Positions 29,461-39,259 of a stretch of 64,000 nt of DNA are shown in pieces. The notes beneath the pieces were generated by a model that worked only from the letters and a program-made list of their open reading frames with translations, had not been told where the DNA came from and searched no databases. Both the position numbers and the translations under genes were made by a program. This DNA is from Bacteroidota bacterium (GTDB lineage Bacteria; Bacteroidota; Bacteroidia; Cytophagales; Cyclobacteriaceae). Numbering within the stretch: position 1 is the first letter of the stretch; each line of letters starts with the position of its first letter. Location: contig JACZXH010000001.1 in the NCBI GenBank assembly GCA_022571715.1, forward strand, positions 4,116 to 68,115. The letters run 5' to 3'.

Positions 29461-30383
29461 TATAATTTTTCACCTATTCTGAGTTTGGCGCTTCTTGCCC
29501 TGCTGTTTACTGCCAATTCGTCCGCAGCCGGAGTAATCGGTTTTGTTACAATAGGCAACATGGGCCTGAGAAGGTTTCCATAAAAGTCTTTTTCAGGTTT
29601 ACCGGCAATATTGCCGTATTTGATCATATATTTCACCTTACGGTCTTCAAGCGAATGATATGATATAACTACAAGCCGTCCTTTTGATTTGAGAATATTC
29701 AAAGACAGTGAGAGCATCTCATCTAAGGCAGCCATCTCTTCATTTACCTCGATACGCAGTGCCTGAAATATACGTGATATGTATTTTATTTCTCTGCCCT
29801 TCGGAGCAAGTGCTCCGGCAATTTTTTTCATCCGGTTCACGGTATGGATCGGCTCCACTTTGCGCTGATTTACGATGGCACTGGCAAGCGTCCTGGCATT
29901 ACGAATTTCACCATAAGAAGAAAATACCTTTTGAAGTTCTTCTCCTGAATATTCATCCAGCACCACTCTTGCAGTTAGCTTGCCTTCGCGGCTCATGCGC
30001 ATATCCAGAATTGCATCAAAACGTGTGCTAAAGCCTCTTTCGGCAGAATCAATCTGGTGTGAAGAAACACCCAGATCTGCAAGAATACCATCTACGGTAG
30101 TGATATTATGCATCTTCAGATATCTGACGAAATACCTGAAATTTGCATCGATAAACGTGAAACGGGGATCATCCTTAAAGGCCGCTGCATTCGCTCTGGC
30201 ATCCGGATCCTGATCGAAAGCAAATAATTTCCCATTTTCAAGTGATCGTAATATTTCAGCTGCGTGTCCGCCTCCGCCAAAAGTCAGGTCAACATACACC
30301 CCGTCAGGATTGATAAGTAACCCTTCCATGCTTTCTTTCAACATTACGGGATTGTGATATGGATCAGGCATTAAATTCAGCAT
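29460..30383 (-). CDS. rsmH: 16S rRNA (cytosine1402-N4)-methyltransferase
   Basis: HNPVMLKE..VDLTFGGGGHA SAM-binding motif, DLGVSSHQ, SYHSLEDR, and dcw position. Confidence 0.95.
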   Translation of the reverse strand: MLNLMPDPYHNPVMLKESMEGLLINPDGVYVDLTFGGGGHAAEILRSLENGKLFAFDQDPDARANAAAFKDDPRFTFIDANFRYFVRYLKMHNITTVDGILADLGVSSHQIDSAERGFSTRFDAILDMRMSREGKLTARVVLDEYSGEELQKVFSSYGEIRNARTLASAIVNQRKVEPIHTVNRMKKIAGALAPKGREIKYISRIFQALRIEVNEEMAALDEMLSLSLNILKSKGRLVVISYHSLEDRKVKYMIKYGNIAGKPEKDFYGNLLRPMLPIVTKPITPAADELAVNSRARSAKLRIGEKL

Positions 30384-30826
30384 TATTCATTCAGATATTT
30401 TTCAGCCAGTGCAGATAGTTCCTGAGGATCTTTGATCAGATAGTCCTCGTATTTATCAGGATTCCAGATTTCCATCCGGTTGCCTATTCCAACCAACACG
30501 CATTCCCTTTCCAGTGTTGCATGAGTGAGCATAATTTTAGGAATCAAGAACCTGCCGGCATTGTCCAATTCAACCGAAGCGCTTCCTCTGAAAAAATTGC
30601 GTTGTAAACGCCTGTAATCAACATTGAATTCGTTCAGGCCGGCAATCCTGGAAAAAATCTTTTTATACTCTACTAATGGATACAGGAGCAGGCACGGCTC
30701 AAATCCCTTCACTAAATACAATTCGGAGCTGGAGGATTCAGGTAACGACGCCTTTAACCTGGAAGGCAATACGAGTCTTCCTTTTGCATCGAGCTTACAT
30801 ACATATTCTCCTGTAATAAACAGCAT
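30383..30826 (-). CDS. mraZ: Transcriptional regulator MraZ
   Basis: Two SpoVT/AbrB-like halves with DAKGRLVLPSRL and DNAGRFLIPKIM motifs. First gene of the dcw cluster. Confidence 0.95.
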   Translation of the reverse strand: MLFITGEYVCKLDAKGRLVLPSRLKASLPESSSSELYLVKGFEPCLLLYPLVEYKKIFSRIAGLNEFNVDYRRLQRNFFRGSASVELDNAGRFLIPKIMLTHATLERECVLVGIGNRMEIWNPDKYEDYLIKDPQELSALAEKYLNE

Positions 30827-30884
30827 ATCCCCAGAGTAAACCTACTTCAATAACAAACATCCGTAAAATAAATGGTAAAGTCAA

Positions 30885-30911
30885 CCACTTTCCCCCACTT
30901 TTTACCACTTT
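30885..30911 (-). promoter_or_regulatory. Putative MraZ operator: three direct AAAGTGG repeats at 10-bp spacing
   Basis: The minus strand reads AAAGTGG-taa-AAAGTGG-ggg-AAAGTGG. On the plus strand this is CCACTTT at 30885, 30895 and 30905. The site lies 59-85 nt upstream of the mraZ ATG. Confidence 0.7.
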
Positions 30912-31113
30912 TTATAAAAAATATTACTATTTCTCCTACTTTTATAATCCTAAAACACGGTTTAAAGCGAATAGAGAGTAATATAAACGGATAACGGACG
31001 GTTGGACTGGAATTATATGAATTGAGAGATAATCGGAATGCAGGTCGTTATATCAGAATGTGGATTATTGGTGAAATTTTACCGGAATCAAGCAATAACC
31101 TCATAATCTCGGG

Positions 31114-32094
31114 TTATTTATCTCTATCAATGGTAAAAGTTACAAGTTCCTTGAGTGAATTTTTATAGTCAGATTCTTCAAATTCATCCAAAATTTCAAT
31201 GGACCGGCGATAAAAATCCTGCATGACGCTCTGTGCATACTGAATTCCGCCTTTCGAGTCAACAAATTCAATTACCCTGCTTACTTTGGTAGCCTGACCG
31301 TTATTACTCCTGATTAATCTCAGTATCTTTTTTTTCTGTAGCCAGGAAGTGTTTTGAAGTGCATAAATCAATGGAAGTGTTAGTTTTTTCTCTTTTATGT
31401 CGATACCCAATGGTTTACCGATATCGTCGGTACCATAATCAAACAGATCATCTTTAAGTTGGAACGCCATACCTACATATTCGCCGAAGGTTTTCATTTT
31501 GTCTACAACCTCCTTGCTGGCGCCTGACGATGCAGCTCCCACACCACAGCATGATGCGATCAGGGAGGCCGTTTTTTGTTTAATTATACTGTAGTACACA
31601 TCTTCAGTGATATCCAGGCTTCTTGCTTTTTCGATTTGCAACAGCTCACCTTCGCTCATTTCCTTTACGGCCCCCGAAACAATCCTGAGTAATTCAAAAT
31701 CTTTGTTGTCCACCGAAAGAAGTAGGCCACGCGAGAGAAGATAATCTCCCACTAAAACGGCGATTTTATTCTTCCACAATGCATTTATTGAGAAAAAACC
31801 TCTACGGTAGTTGGCGTCGTCCACTACATCATCGTGTACGAGTGTAGCTGTGTGAAGTAGCTCGATCAAAGAAGCACCACGATAGGTTGCCTCTGTAATG
31901 CCGCCTGTGACACCTGAACTCAAAAATACAAACATAGGCCGCATCTGTTTTCCTTTGCGCTTCACAATATAATTCATGATCTTGTCGAGCAATAAAACAT
32001 CGCTCTTCATGGATTGCCGGAATTTTCGTTCAAACTCCATCATTTCCATAGCAATAGGAGCCTGTATTTGCTTTAGTTTGGCTTTCATGAGCAA
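31114..32094 (-). CDS. Polyprenyl diphosphate synthase (trans-IPPS, octa/solanesyl type)
   Basis: First and second aspartate-rich motifs LVHDDVVDD and FQLKDDLFD. Length of 326 aa. Confidence 0.85.
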   Translation of the reverse strand: MLMKAKLKQIQAPIAMEMMEFERKFRQSMKSDVLLLDKIMNYIVKRKGKQMRPMFVFLSSGVTGGITEATYRGASLIELLHTATLVHDDVVDDANYRRGFFSINALWKNKIAVLVGDYLLSRGLLLSVDNKDFELLRIVSGAVKEMSEGELLQIEKARSLDITEDVYYSIIKQKTASLIASCCGVGAASSGASKEVVDKMKTFGEYVGMAFQLKDDLFDYGTDDIGKPLGIDIKEKKLTLPLIYALQNTSWLQKKKILRLIRSNNGQATKVSRVIEFVDSKGGIQYAQSVMQDFYRRSIEILDEFEESDYKNSLKELVTFTIDRDK

Positions 32095-32178
32095 TAAAAG
32101 ATTACAATATTACCACCATTTGGCCCCAAACCAAAGCCATGATTTCTTATTATCACTATGTAAATTTATGGACATATT

Positions 32179-33033
32179 ATGATACGTATTAACAATATTA
32201 TCCTTGAATCAATGCACAACCACAAACATATGCTGGCGGATATCCGGTACGAAGTAAATGGCATTAAAAAGCCCATTATTTTTTTTATTCACGGATTTAA
32301 AGGGTTTAAAGACTGGGGTCATTTTAACCTTATCGCGGATTACTTTGCGGATAACGGATTTGTTTATTCGAAAATAAATCTTTCACACAATGGCACCACA
32401 CTCGACAAACCTGAAGATTTTGCTGATCTGGAAGCTTTTGGCAACAACAATTTCAGCATCGAACTGGATGATATCGGAGTTATGATTGATTTACTTCAAA
32501 GCGAAGAAAATCCGGTACCTGAACAGGAAATTGATAAAAATACCATTTATATGACCGGTCACAGCCGTGGTGGCGGTTTGGTAATACTTAAAGCTGCAGA
32601 AGATCCGCGAATTAAAGGCATTGTAACCTGGGCGGCTATTTCAGATTTATCGGAAAGATGGTCGGAAGAGGTGTTGCAACAGTGGGAGAAAGACGGTGTT
32701 TTTTATATATTCAACAGCCGTACAAAACAAAACATGCCGCTTTACTATCAGTTGGTACAGGATATAAAAAATCACCCGGACCGGCTGAACATTCTTAAGG
32801 CAGCAGCTTCCATCACCTGCCCGTGGCTGATTTGCCATGGTACCGATGATGAATCACTGCCATTTAAAATGGCTACTGACCTTAAATCGCGAACTAATAA
32901 AGCAACGCTTTTTATTATTGAAAATGCCGGCCATACATTCGGTGGTAAACATCCGTACGAAAGCAGAGAACTGCCGCCGGACACTAAAAAGCTGGTGGGG
33001 GAAACACGGATATTTTTCGATTCAATAAGGTAG
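32179..33033 (+). CDS. Alpha/beta hydrolase
   Basis: Nucleophile elbow GHSRGG, the oxyanion-region HGFKG, and a C-terminal HG.DD / GH triad-like context (CHGTDDE, AGHTF). Confidence 0.7.
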   Translation: MIRINNIILESMHNHKHMLADIRYEVNGIKKPIIFFIHGFKGFKDWGHFNLIADYFADNGFVYSKINLSHNGTTLDKPEDFADLEAFGNNNFSIELDDIGVMIDLLQSEENPVPEQEIDKNTIYMTGHSRGGGLVILKAAEDPRIKGIVTWAAISDLSERWSEEVLQQWEKDGVFYIFNSRTKQNMPLYYQLVQDIKNHPDRLNILKAAASITCPWLICHGTDDESLPFKMATDLKSRTNKATLFIIENAGHTFGGKHPYESRELPPDTKKLVGETRIFFDSIR

Positions 33034-33189
33034 AGTTGGTTTTAGAAAACATCATACACGACGAGAGTGGAATTTTTTATCATCTTGGAATTTTTCGGTC
33101 GGAAATAAACTGCCTGACTTGATCGATGGGGCTTTGGGCCTGATACTAAAAGGTCAGTGGGTGGCCGCGCGACCATAGTAAGTAAGGTT

Positions 33190-33646
33190 TCATCTTTTAA
33201 TATTTTCTTCATAAAGTTTTACCCAGTCTTTAACTGACATTTTGCGCATAAGTTCACCAATTAATGGGTAGGGTATCTGATCCATTTTTTTTAAAACGGA
33301 TACAACTTTTTCCCATATCCGGTTTCCGGTCGCATTGTTTTATGTATTCTTTAACAAACCATTCTGATAATTTTTGATTTGCATAGATACCCATGTGGTA
33401 AAAACCTATGAAATTTTTATGTGACACAATATTTACAAAAGGTAACGGAACTTCCGGATCGCAACGGTAGCCAGCTGGGTATAAATCATGTGGAACTACA
33501 TATCCGATCGTACCAAAATTCATTTCTTCCACAAATCCTTTGGGCAAATTTCTCGAAATCGTTTCACGCAGTTTTTTGAAATAGTTAATTCTGTCCACAG
33601 GAACCTCTGCTAAATAATCCTGTGTTCGTGTTGCTTTTGATTGCAT
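33190..33646 (-). pseudogene. DUF1801 (YdhG-like) domain protein, frameshifted in an A8 homopolymer
   Basis: The likely start is the ATG at 33646-33644 (MQSKATRTQDYLAEVP..). The ORF ends ..GKSCIRFKKNGSDTLPINW*. With one A fewer in the coding-strand A8 run (plus-strand T8 at 33285-33292), the reading becomes ..CIRFKKMDQIPYPLIGELMRKMSVKDWVKLYEENIKR* with the stop at 33192-33190. That is a typical DUF1801 C-terminus. Confidence 0.7.
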
Positions 33647-33773
33647 GTTATCGCATAATGTTACGATTACATAGTTACGAATTAGTAACATGTAATTGTT
33701 TACCAAATTATATAAACAGCCAGTGAGTATTTATCAATATTGAATGCATATTTTGTTTTATGCAGAATATCTA

Positions 33774-34667
33774 TTATTCAGACTGCAGCAACGTCAGCCA
33801 GGCTTCTTCAATTTTGCCGTCGGCAAGCAGTTCTTTTGCATATACATGGAGATGAAAAAAGAATGATTCCCGGTCGTTTTTAAACTTCTCCCTGAGTTCT
33901 TTTATGCTTGAATCATTTGTGTATATCCGGATGGCTTCCTTTTCAGGTAATTTTGCTACATTGCCCAATCTTCCAAGGTCATTTCCAGACAATACAATGC
34001 TGTTTTTTATACCATCAGGTATATTGTCGACACCTATTCCTTTCGTTGCCAATGGTTTGGGCATTTCAAACAGCGAGGATTCCCCGGCTCTTGTGTACCA
34101 GTTACCACCCATTCTTCCGATTATATCTAACTTATAGGGGTCAATCTGTAGGTTTTCGTCGAGTATTTCTTTTTTAATATGAACCATCAGCACTTCGCAG
34201 ATCACCAGGTTTCCAGCTCCGCCTTCTTTTCCAAGCGAAACAACCTCATTTACCCTGCATTCAAATGCCACAGGCGACTCTCCCACCCTCGGCGGTTTTA
34301 CTTTCTCCGATGCGACCATTGTCAGACCCGATTTTTCAAATTCATTAACACCTTTTTCATACTCGGTACTCGAAAGCGACATTTGCTCGGCGATAGCATA
34401 ATTCACAATATTTATGACCACTTCCGGATTTGTGCTAACATTCTCAAACGTATGTTTGGTAGTATTGTCCCTCAATCTGCGTGACGGAGAAAAAATAAGG
34501 ATAGGAGGATTAGCGCTGAAAGCATTAAAAAAACTAAACGGGCTCAAATTAATATTTCCGTCAAGATCCATGGTACTTGCAAAGGCAATCGGACGGGGAG
34601 CCACAGCGCCCAGCAGATACCCGTGAATTTTCTGAACACTTACTTTTTTGGGATCAATGGTTAGCAT
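33774..34667 (-). CDS. Flavin reductase-like (FMN-binding split barrel) family protein
   Basis: The N-terminal domain pattern HGYLLGAVAPRPIAFASTMDLDGNINLSPFSFFNAFSANPPILIFSP is typical of the flavin reductase-like domain. Confidence 0.65.
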   Translation of the reverse strand: MLTIDPKKVSVQKIHGYLLGAVAPRPIAFASTMDLDGNINLSPFSFFNAFSANPPILIFSPSRRLRDNTTKHTFENVSTNPEVVINIVNYAIAEQMSLSSTEYEKGVNEFEKSGLTMVASEKVKPPRVGESPVAFECRVNEVVSLGKEGGAGNLVICEVLMVHIKKEILDENLQIDPYKLDIIGRMGGNWYTRAGESSLFEMPKPLATKGIGVDNIPDGIKNSIVLSGNDLGRLGNVAKLPEKEAIRIYTNDSSIKELREKFKNDRESFFFHLHVYAKELLADGKIEEAWLTLLQSE

Positions 34668-34935
34668 CTACATAAATGTTTTGAAATCAAATAATATTTT
34701 CGGTATATCAAATACCACCTGAAGGCAACACTTCCACATGGGAAAATAACTTCCTTTGGGTACATCTTCCCAGAATCTAAATATAGGATCATTTTTATGG
34801 CAGCTTATTGTGATAATGTTCGGGTCAAAGGTAAAATTTTGTTTGTAAAATAAATACGTAAATCAACCATAGTAAGCTTACGATGACCATTTTAATTACG
34901 TAATTTGCGGCTCAAAATTCGAATTACAGCAATTT

Positions 34936-37581
34936 ATGCAGCTTTCAGCAAAATATAATCCGAATGAAGTAGAAGATAAATGGTATCGCCACTGGCTAGA
35001 TCAGGGATTTTTCCATTCCGAACCCAACCCTGAAAAGGAGCCTTTTACCATCGTCATTCCGCCTCCGAATGTCACTGGCGTATTACACATGGGTCACATG
35101 CTAAACATCACTATCCAGGATATTCTTATACGTAGAGCCAGAATGATGGGCAAGGAAGCCTGCTGGATACCTGGTACTGATCATGCTTCAATTGCCACCG
35201 AGGCGAAAGTAGTTAAAATGCTGAAAGACCGGGGCATCAGAAAACACGATATTACGCGTGAGGAGTTTGTAAAACATGCCTGGGTATGGACCGAAAAATA
35301 CGGTGGGATCATTCTTGAACAGTTGAAAAAACTCGGTGCTTCCTGTGACTGGGATCGTACACGTTTCACCATGGAGCCTGACCTGTATGATTCAGTAATC
35401 AGCGTATTTGTTGATCTCTATAAAAAAGGAAATATCTACCGTAGATATCGAATGGTTAACTGGGATCCGGTCGGCCTGACAGCCCTTTCTGATGACGAAG
35501 TTATTCATAAAGAAGTAGCTTCAAAGCTTTACTACGTGAAATACTACATCGAAGAAGAGGATGGCTTTCTTACGATTGCCACCACCAGGCCCGAAACCAT
35601 TCTGGGTGATACCGCCATTTGCATACACCCCGACGATGAACGTTTTCGTCATTTAAAAGGGAGAAAAGCTATTGTACCATTAATAGACAGGTCCATCCCG
35701 ATTATTGAAGATCGTTATGTGGATATGGAATTTGGTACGGGTTGCCTGAAAGTGACCCCCGCGCATGACATGAATGACTACGATCTGGGGATAAAACATA
35801 ATCTAGAGGTCATTGATATTTTTAATGATAACGGTACGCTGAACAGTGAAGCCCAGTTATATATTGGGAAAGACAGATTTGAAGCACGGAAAGAAATTAT
35901 AAAGGAACTGAAGCATGCCGATTATATCGTAAAAATTGAAGACTACATAAACAATGTTGGTTTTTCGGAAAGAACCGACACTATTGTAGAACCCAGGCTG
36001 TCGTTGCAGTGGTACTTAAAAATGGATAAGTTGACTAGGCCGGCGTTCAGTTCCGTCATGAATGATACAGTGCAGCTTATACCTTCCAAGTTCAAGAATA
36101 TGTACCGGCATTGGATGGAAAATGTACGCGACTGGTGCATTTCAAGGCAGTTATGGTGGGGCCATCGGATTCCTGCATATTACCTCACTTCAGAAAATCC
36201 CGCTGATCCTAACGCCAGGGTTTATGTTGCAGAAACCAAAGAAGAAGCCCTGATCCAGGCACAAAAAGACACCCGAAACATGGAACTAACTGCCGACGAC
36301 CTGGTACAGGATGAAGATGTGCTTGACACATGGTTCAGTAGCGGCCTCTGGCCAATCACCGTGTTCGACGGGATTAAAAATCCCGGTAATAATGATATTT
36401 CATACTATTATCCAACAAACGACCTTGTCACGGCTCCTGAGATCCTTTTTTTCTGGGTGGCACGGATGATCATTTTCGGATACGAATACATGAATGAACG
36501 GCCATTCAACAATGTATACCTTACCGGGATAGTAAGGGATAAACAAAGCAGAAAGATGTCTAAATCGCTTGGCAATTCGCCGGATCCGCTGGCGTTGATT
36601 CAAAAATACGGTGCTGACGGCGTGCGTACAGGCATGTTATTCAGTTCACCTGCAGGCAATGACCTCCTTTTTGATGTTAAACTGTGCGAACAGGGAAGAA
36701 ATTTTGCAAATAAGATATGGAATGCCTTCAGGCTGTTAAAAGGATGGAAAATCGACAGTGGATTAGAGTTGTCTGAAGCAAACGAAACAGCAATACTCTG
36801 GTTTCAGCATCGGTTTAACGAAATACTCGAACGCCTTAATGAGCAATACAATAAGTTCAGGATATCGGATGCGCTGATGATTACCTATTCTTTTGTATGG
36901 GACGATTTCTGCTCCTGGTATCTTGAAATGATCAAACCTGTCTATGAAAAACCCATCGACAGAAAAACGTATGAAGTAACCGTTACTTTTTTCGAAAACG
37001 TGATCCGGTTGCTGCATCCTTTTATGCCATTTATTACCGAAGAGATTTGGCATCAGCTCAGGAAAAGAGATGAAAAGGATTGCATTATTGTAGCTTCCTG
37101 GCCGCAAACAAAACAACATGATAAGGTAATTCTCGATGAAGCACAAAAAGCTTTTGAAGTAATATCACAAGTCAGGAATATCAGAAATTCCAAAAATATA
37201 CCTGCAAAGAAGCGCCTTGAGCTCCATCTGAAAGGAGATTTCAGGAGTTACCATAGATTTTTACAGGTCATCACAAAGCTTGCTTACCTGAATTCATTTG
37301 TTAAAGTAAATGAAAAAGAAGGCACAAATCTGGGATTTGTTGTCGGTAAAGACGAGTTCTTTATTCCAACCAAATTGGGAATAGATGTAAAAAAAGAAAA
37401 GAAAAAAATTAATAGGGAGCTGAAATATATAAGGGGTTTTCTAGCCTCTGTCGAGAAAAAACTTCATAATGAACGATTTGTGCAAAATGCACCACAATAT
37501 GTTATCGAAAATGAACGCACAAAGCAGGCTGATGCATTGGTGAAGATAAAAGCCCTTGAATTAATGTTGGTAGAGTTGTAA
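34936..37581 (+). CDS. valS: Valine--tRNA ligase
   Basis: Class I motifs PPNVTGVLHMGH (HIGH) and KMSKSLGN (KMSKS), an editing-domain insert, and a C-terminal coiled coil. Length of 881 aa. Confidence 0.97.
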   Translation: MQLSAKYNPNEVEDKWYRHWLDQGFFHSEPNPEKEPFTIVIPPPNVTGVLHMGHMLNITIQDILIRRARMMGKEACWIPGTDHASIATEAKVVKMLKDRGIRKHDITREEFVKHAWVWTEKYGGIILEQLKKLGASCDWDRTRFTMEPDLYDSVISVFVDLYKKGNIYRRYRMVNWDPVGLTALSDDEVIHKEVASKLYYVKYYIEEEDGFLTIATTRPETILGDTAICIHPDDERFRHLKGRKAIVPLIDRSIPIIEDRYVDMEFGTGCLKVTPAHDMNDYDLGIKHNLEVIDIFNDNGTLNSEAQLYIGKDRFEARKEIIKELKHADYIVKIEDYINNVGFSERTDTIVEPRLSLQWYLKMDKLTRPAFSSVMNDTVQLIPSKFKNMYRHWMENVRDWCISRQLWWGHRIPAYYLTSENPADPNARVYVAETKEEALIQAQKDTRNMELTADDLVQDEDVLDTWFSSGLWPITVFDGIKNPGNNDISYYYPTNDLVTAPEILFFWVARMIIFGYEYMNERPFNNVYLTGIVRDKQSRKMSKSLGNSPDPLALIQKYGADGVRTGMLFSSPAGNDLLFDVKLCEQGRNFANKIWNAFRLLKGWKIDSGLELSEANETAILWFQHRFNEILERLNEQYNKFRISDALMITYSFVWDDFCSWYLEMIKPVYEKPIDRKTYEVTVTFFENVIRLLHPFMPFITEEIWHQLRKRDEKDCIIVASWPQTKQHDKVILDEAQKAFEVISQVRNIRNSKNIPAKKRLELHLKGDFRSYHRFLQVITKLAYLNSFVKVNEKEGTNLGFVVGKDEFFIPTKLGIDVKKEKKKINRELKYIRGFLASVEKKLHNERFVQNAPQYVIENERTKQADALVKIKALELMLVEL

Positions 37582-37590
37582 TCTCAACCG

Positions 37591-38820
37591 CTAAAACCGT
37601 GCTGCCTGCAGCAGACTAAGATCGCGGCATTCAAGTCCGAATTTGTTTGCAATATGCATGTTTGTCAAAGTCCCCTTGTAAGCATATACACCATTAAGAA
37701 ACCATTTATGGTTAAAGATCATCTCATTAATTCCACCTTCTTCGCCCGCACGCAGGATGGTGGGAGTAAAAATATTGCTTAACGCCGTAGAGGCAGTGTG
37801 GGCAACCCGCGAGGCAATATTGGGTACACAGTAGTGAATGACATCATGTTTTCTGAATATCGGATTTTCCAGTGTCGTAAGCTCGGAGGTGTCCACACAT
37901 CCGCCGTGGTCGATACTAAGGTCAATGATAAATGAATCCGGTTTCATATTCATTACCATATCTTCCGTAATTACGATACTGCTTCTCCCCTTTTCTGCGC
38001 GCAGTGCACCGATTACAACATCGGTGGTCTTAAGGCATTCCGCAAGGGTGATCGTATCGATTGTACTGGTGTATATCTGGTTTCCAATTATGTGCTTCAG
38101 GCGGCGAAGTTTGTAAAGGTGATTATCGAAAACTTTTACTTCGGCTCCCAATCCGAGAGCTGACCGTGCAGCATGTTCAGCAGCTGTACCAGCACCGATG
38201 ATCACTACTTTTGCAGGTGGAACACCTGAAATACCGCCAAGCAGCAATCCCTTTCCTTCATGGACACTACTAAGGTATTCGGATGCAATAATTATGGCCG
38301 CGGTGCCTGCAATCTCACTCATTGCACGGATAATTGGAAACCCGCCCACTTTGTCTTCAATAAATTCATATGCCAGTGCCGTTACTTTTTTTGAAAGCAT
38401 AGCACGTATGTAATCTACGGTCTGATTTCCGATCAAAAGGGCCGATATAAGGGTTTGCCTGGGTTTGAAATAATCAATCTCCGGCAATGTGGGAGGCTCG
38501 ATTTTAAGGATAACATCTGCCTGATAAACTTCTTTGGCTGAATCTACAATTTTTGCTCCCGCTTCGCTGTATTCATTGTCGTCAAATTTTGCTTTTTTGC
38601 CTGCATTTCTTTCAATCCATATCTGATGCCCATTATTTACGAGCAGATGCACTCCTTCCGGTATCAGACATATTCTGTTTTCTTGAAAAGCAATTTCCTT
38701 TGGAATGCCAATAAAAAATGATCTTTGATTCCTTTTAATTTTGGCAAACCTTTCCTCCGGATAAAGGGCTGTTCCATGAGCGAGAGCTTCAAATCCGGAT
38801 GGTTTTTGTGATTCAACCAT
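37591..38820 (-). CDS. Alanine dehydrogenase / PNT-alpha family NAD-dependent dehydrogenase
   Basis: AlaDH/PNT N- and C-domains with the NAD-binding glycine-rich VVIIGAGTAAEHAA. It overlaps tsaE by 8 nt. Confidence 0.7.
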   Translation of the reverse strand: MVESQKPSGFEALAHGTALYPEERFAKIKRNQRSFFIGIPKEIAFQENRICLIPEGVHLLVNNGHQIWIERNAGKKAKFDDNEYSEAGAKIVDSAKEVYQADVILKIEPPTLPEIDYFKPRQTLISALLIGNQTVDYIRAMLSKKVTALAYEFIEDKVGGFPIIRAMSEIAGTAAIIIASEYLSSVHEGKGLLLGGISGVPPAKVVIIGAGTAAEHAARSALGLGAEVKVFDNHLYKLRRLKHIIGNQIYTSTIDTITLAECLKTTDVVIGALRAEKGRSSIVITEDMVMNMKPDSFIIDLSIDHGGCVDTSELTTLENPIFRKHDVIHYCVPNIASRVAHTASTALSNIFTPTILRAGEEGGINEMIFNHKWFLNGVYAYKGTLTNMHIANKFGLECRDLSLLQAARF

Positions 38821-39259
38821 GTTTCTCTAAATGAAAAATTCGTGATTCAGCCCCGGTTACTTCTATGTGTACATTCAAATGATTTTCGGGCAGAAAATCA
38901 CTTATTATTTCGGGCCATTCCAAAAGACATAAATGACCGGAAAATAAATATTCGTCCACTCCGATATTTATTGCTTCTTCTATATCCTTTATTCTGAAAA
39001 AATCAAAATGGTAAACCGGATCGTTACTTTTGGTAAGGTACTCATTGATAATGGCAAAAGTAGGGCTCAATACGATGTCTTCTACATTAATTTTGTTGCA
39101 TATAGATTTAATCACAGTTGTTTTACCTGCACCCAACTCACCATAAAAAGCAATCACATTACAATTATCATTAAAAATAACAATCTGAGTAGCTATTTCG
39201 GGTAACTCTAACAAGCTCTTGCAGGTTAAAATGAGCTGTTTCTCTACCACATTAACCAT
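38813..39259 (-). CDS. tsaE: tRNA threonylcarbamoyladenosine biosynthesis ATPase TsaE
   Basis: Small P-loop protein with FYGELGAGKTT, ..SPTFAIINEY.., ..HFDFFRI.., and LLEWPE. Confidence 0.85.
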   Translation of the reverse strand: MVNVVEKQLILTCKSLLELPEIATQIVIFNDNCNVIAFYGELGAGKTTVIKSICNKINVEDIVLSPTFAIINEYLTKSNDPVYHFDFFRIKDIEEAINIGVDEYLFSGHLCLLEWPEIISDFLPENHLNVHIEVTGAESRIFHLEKHG

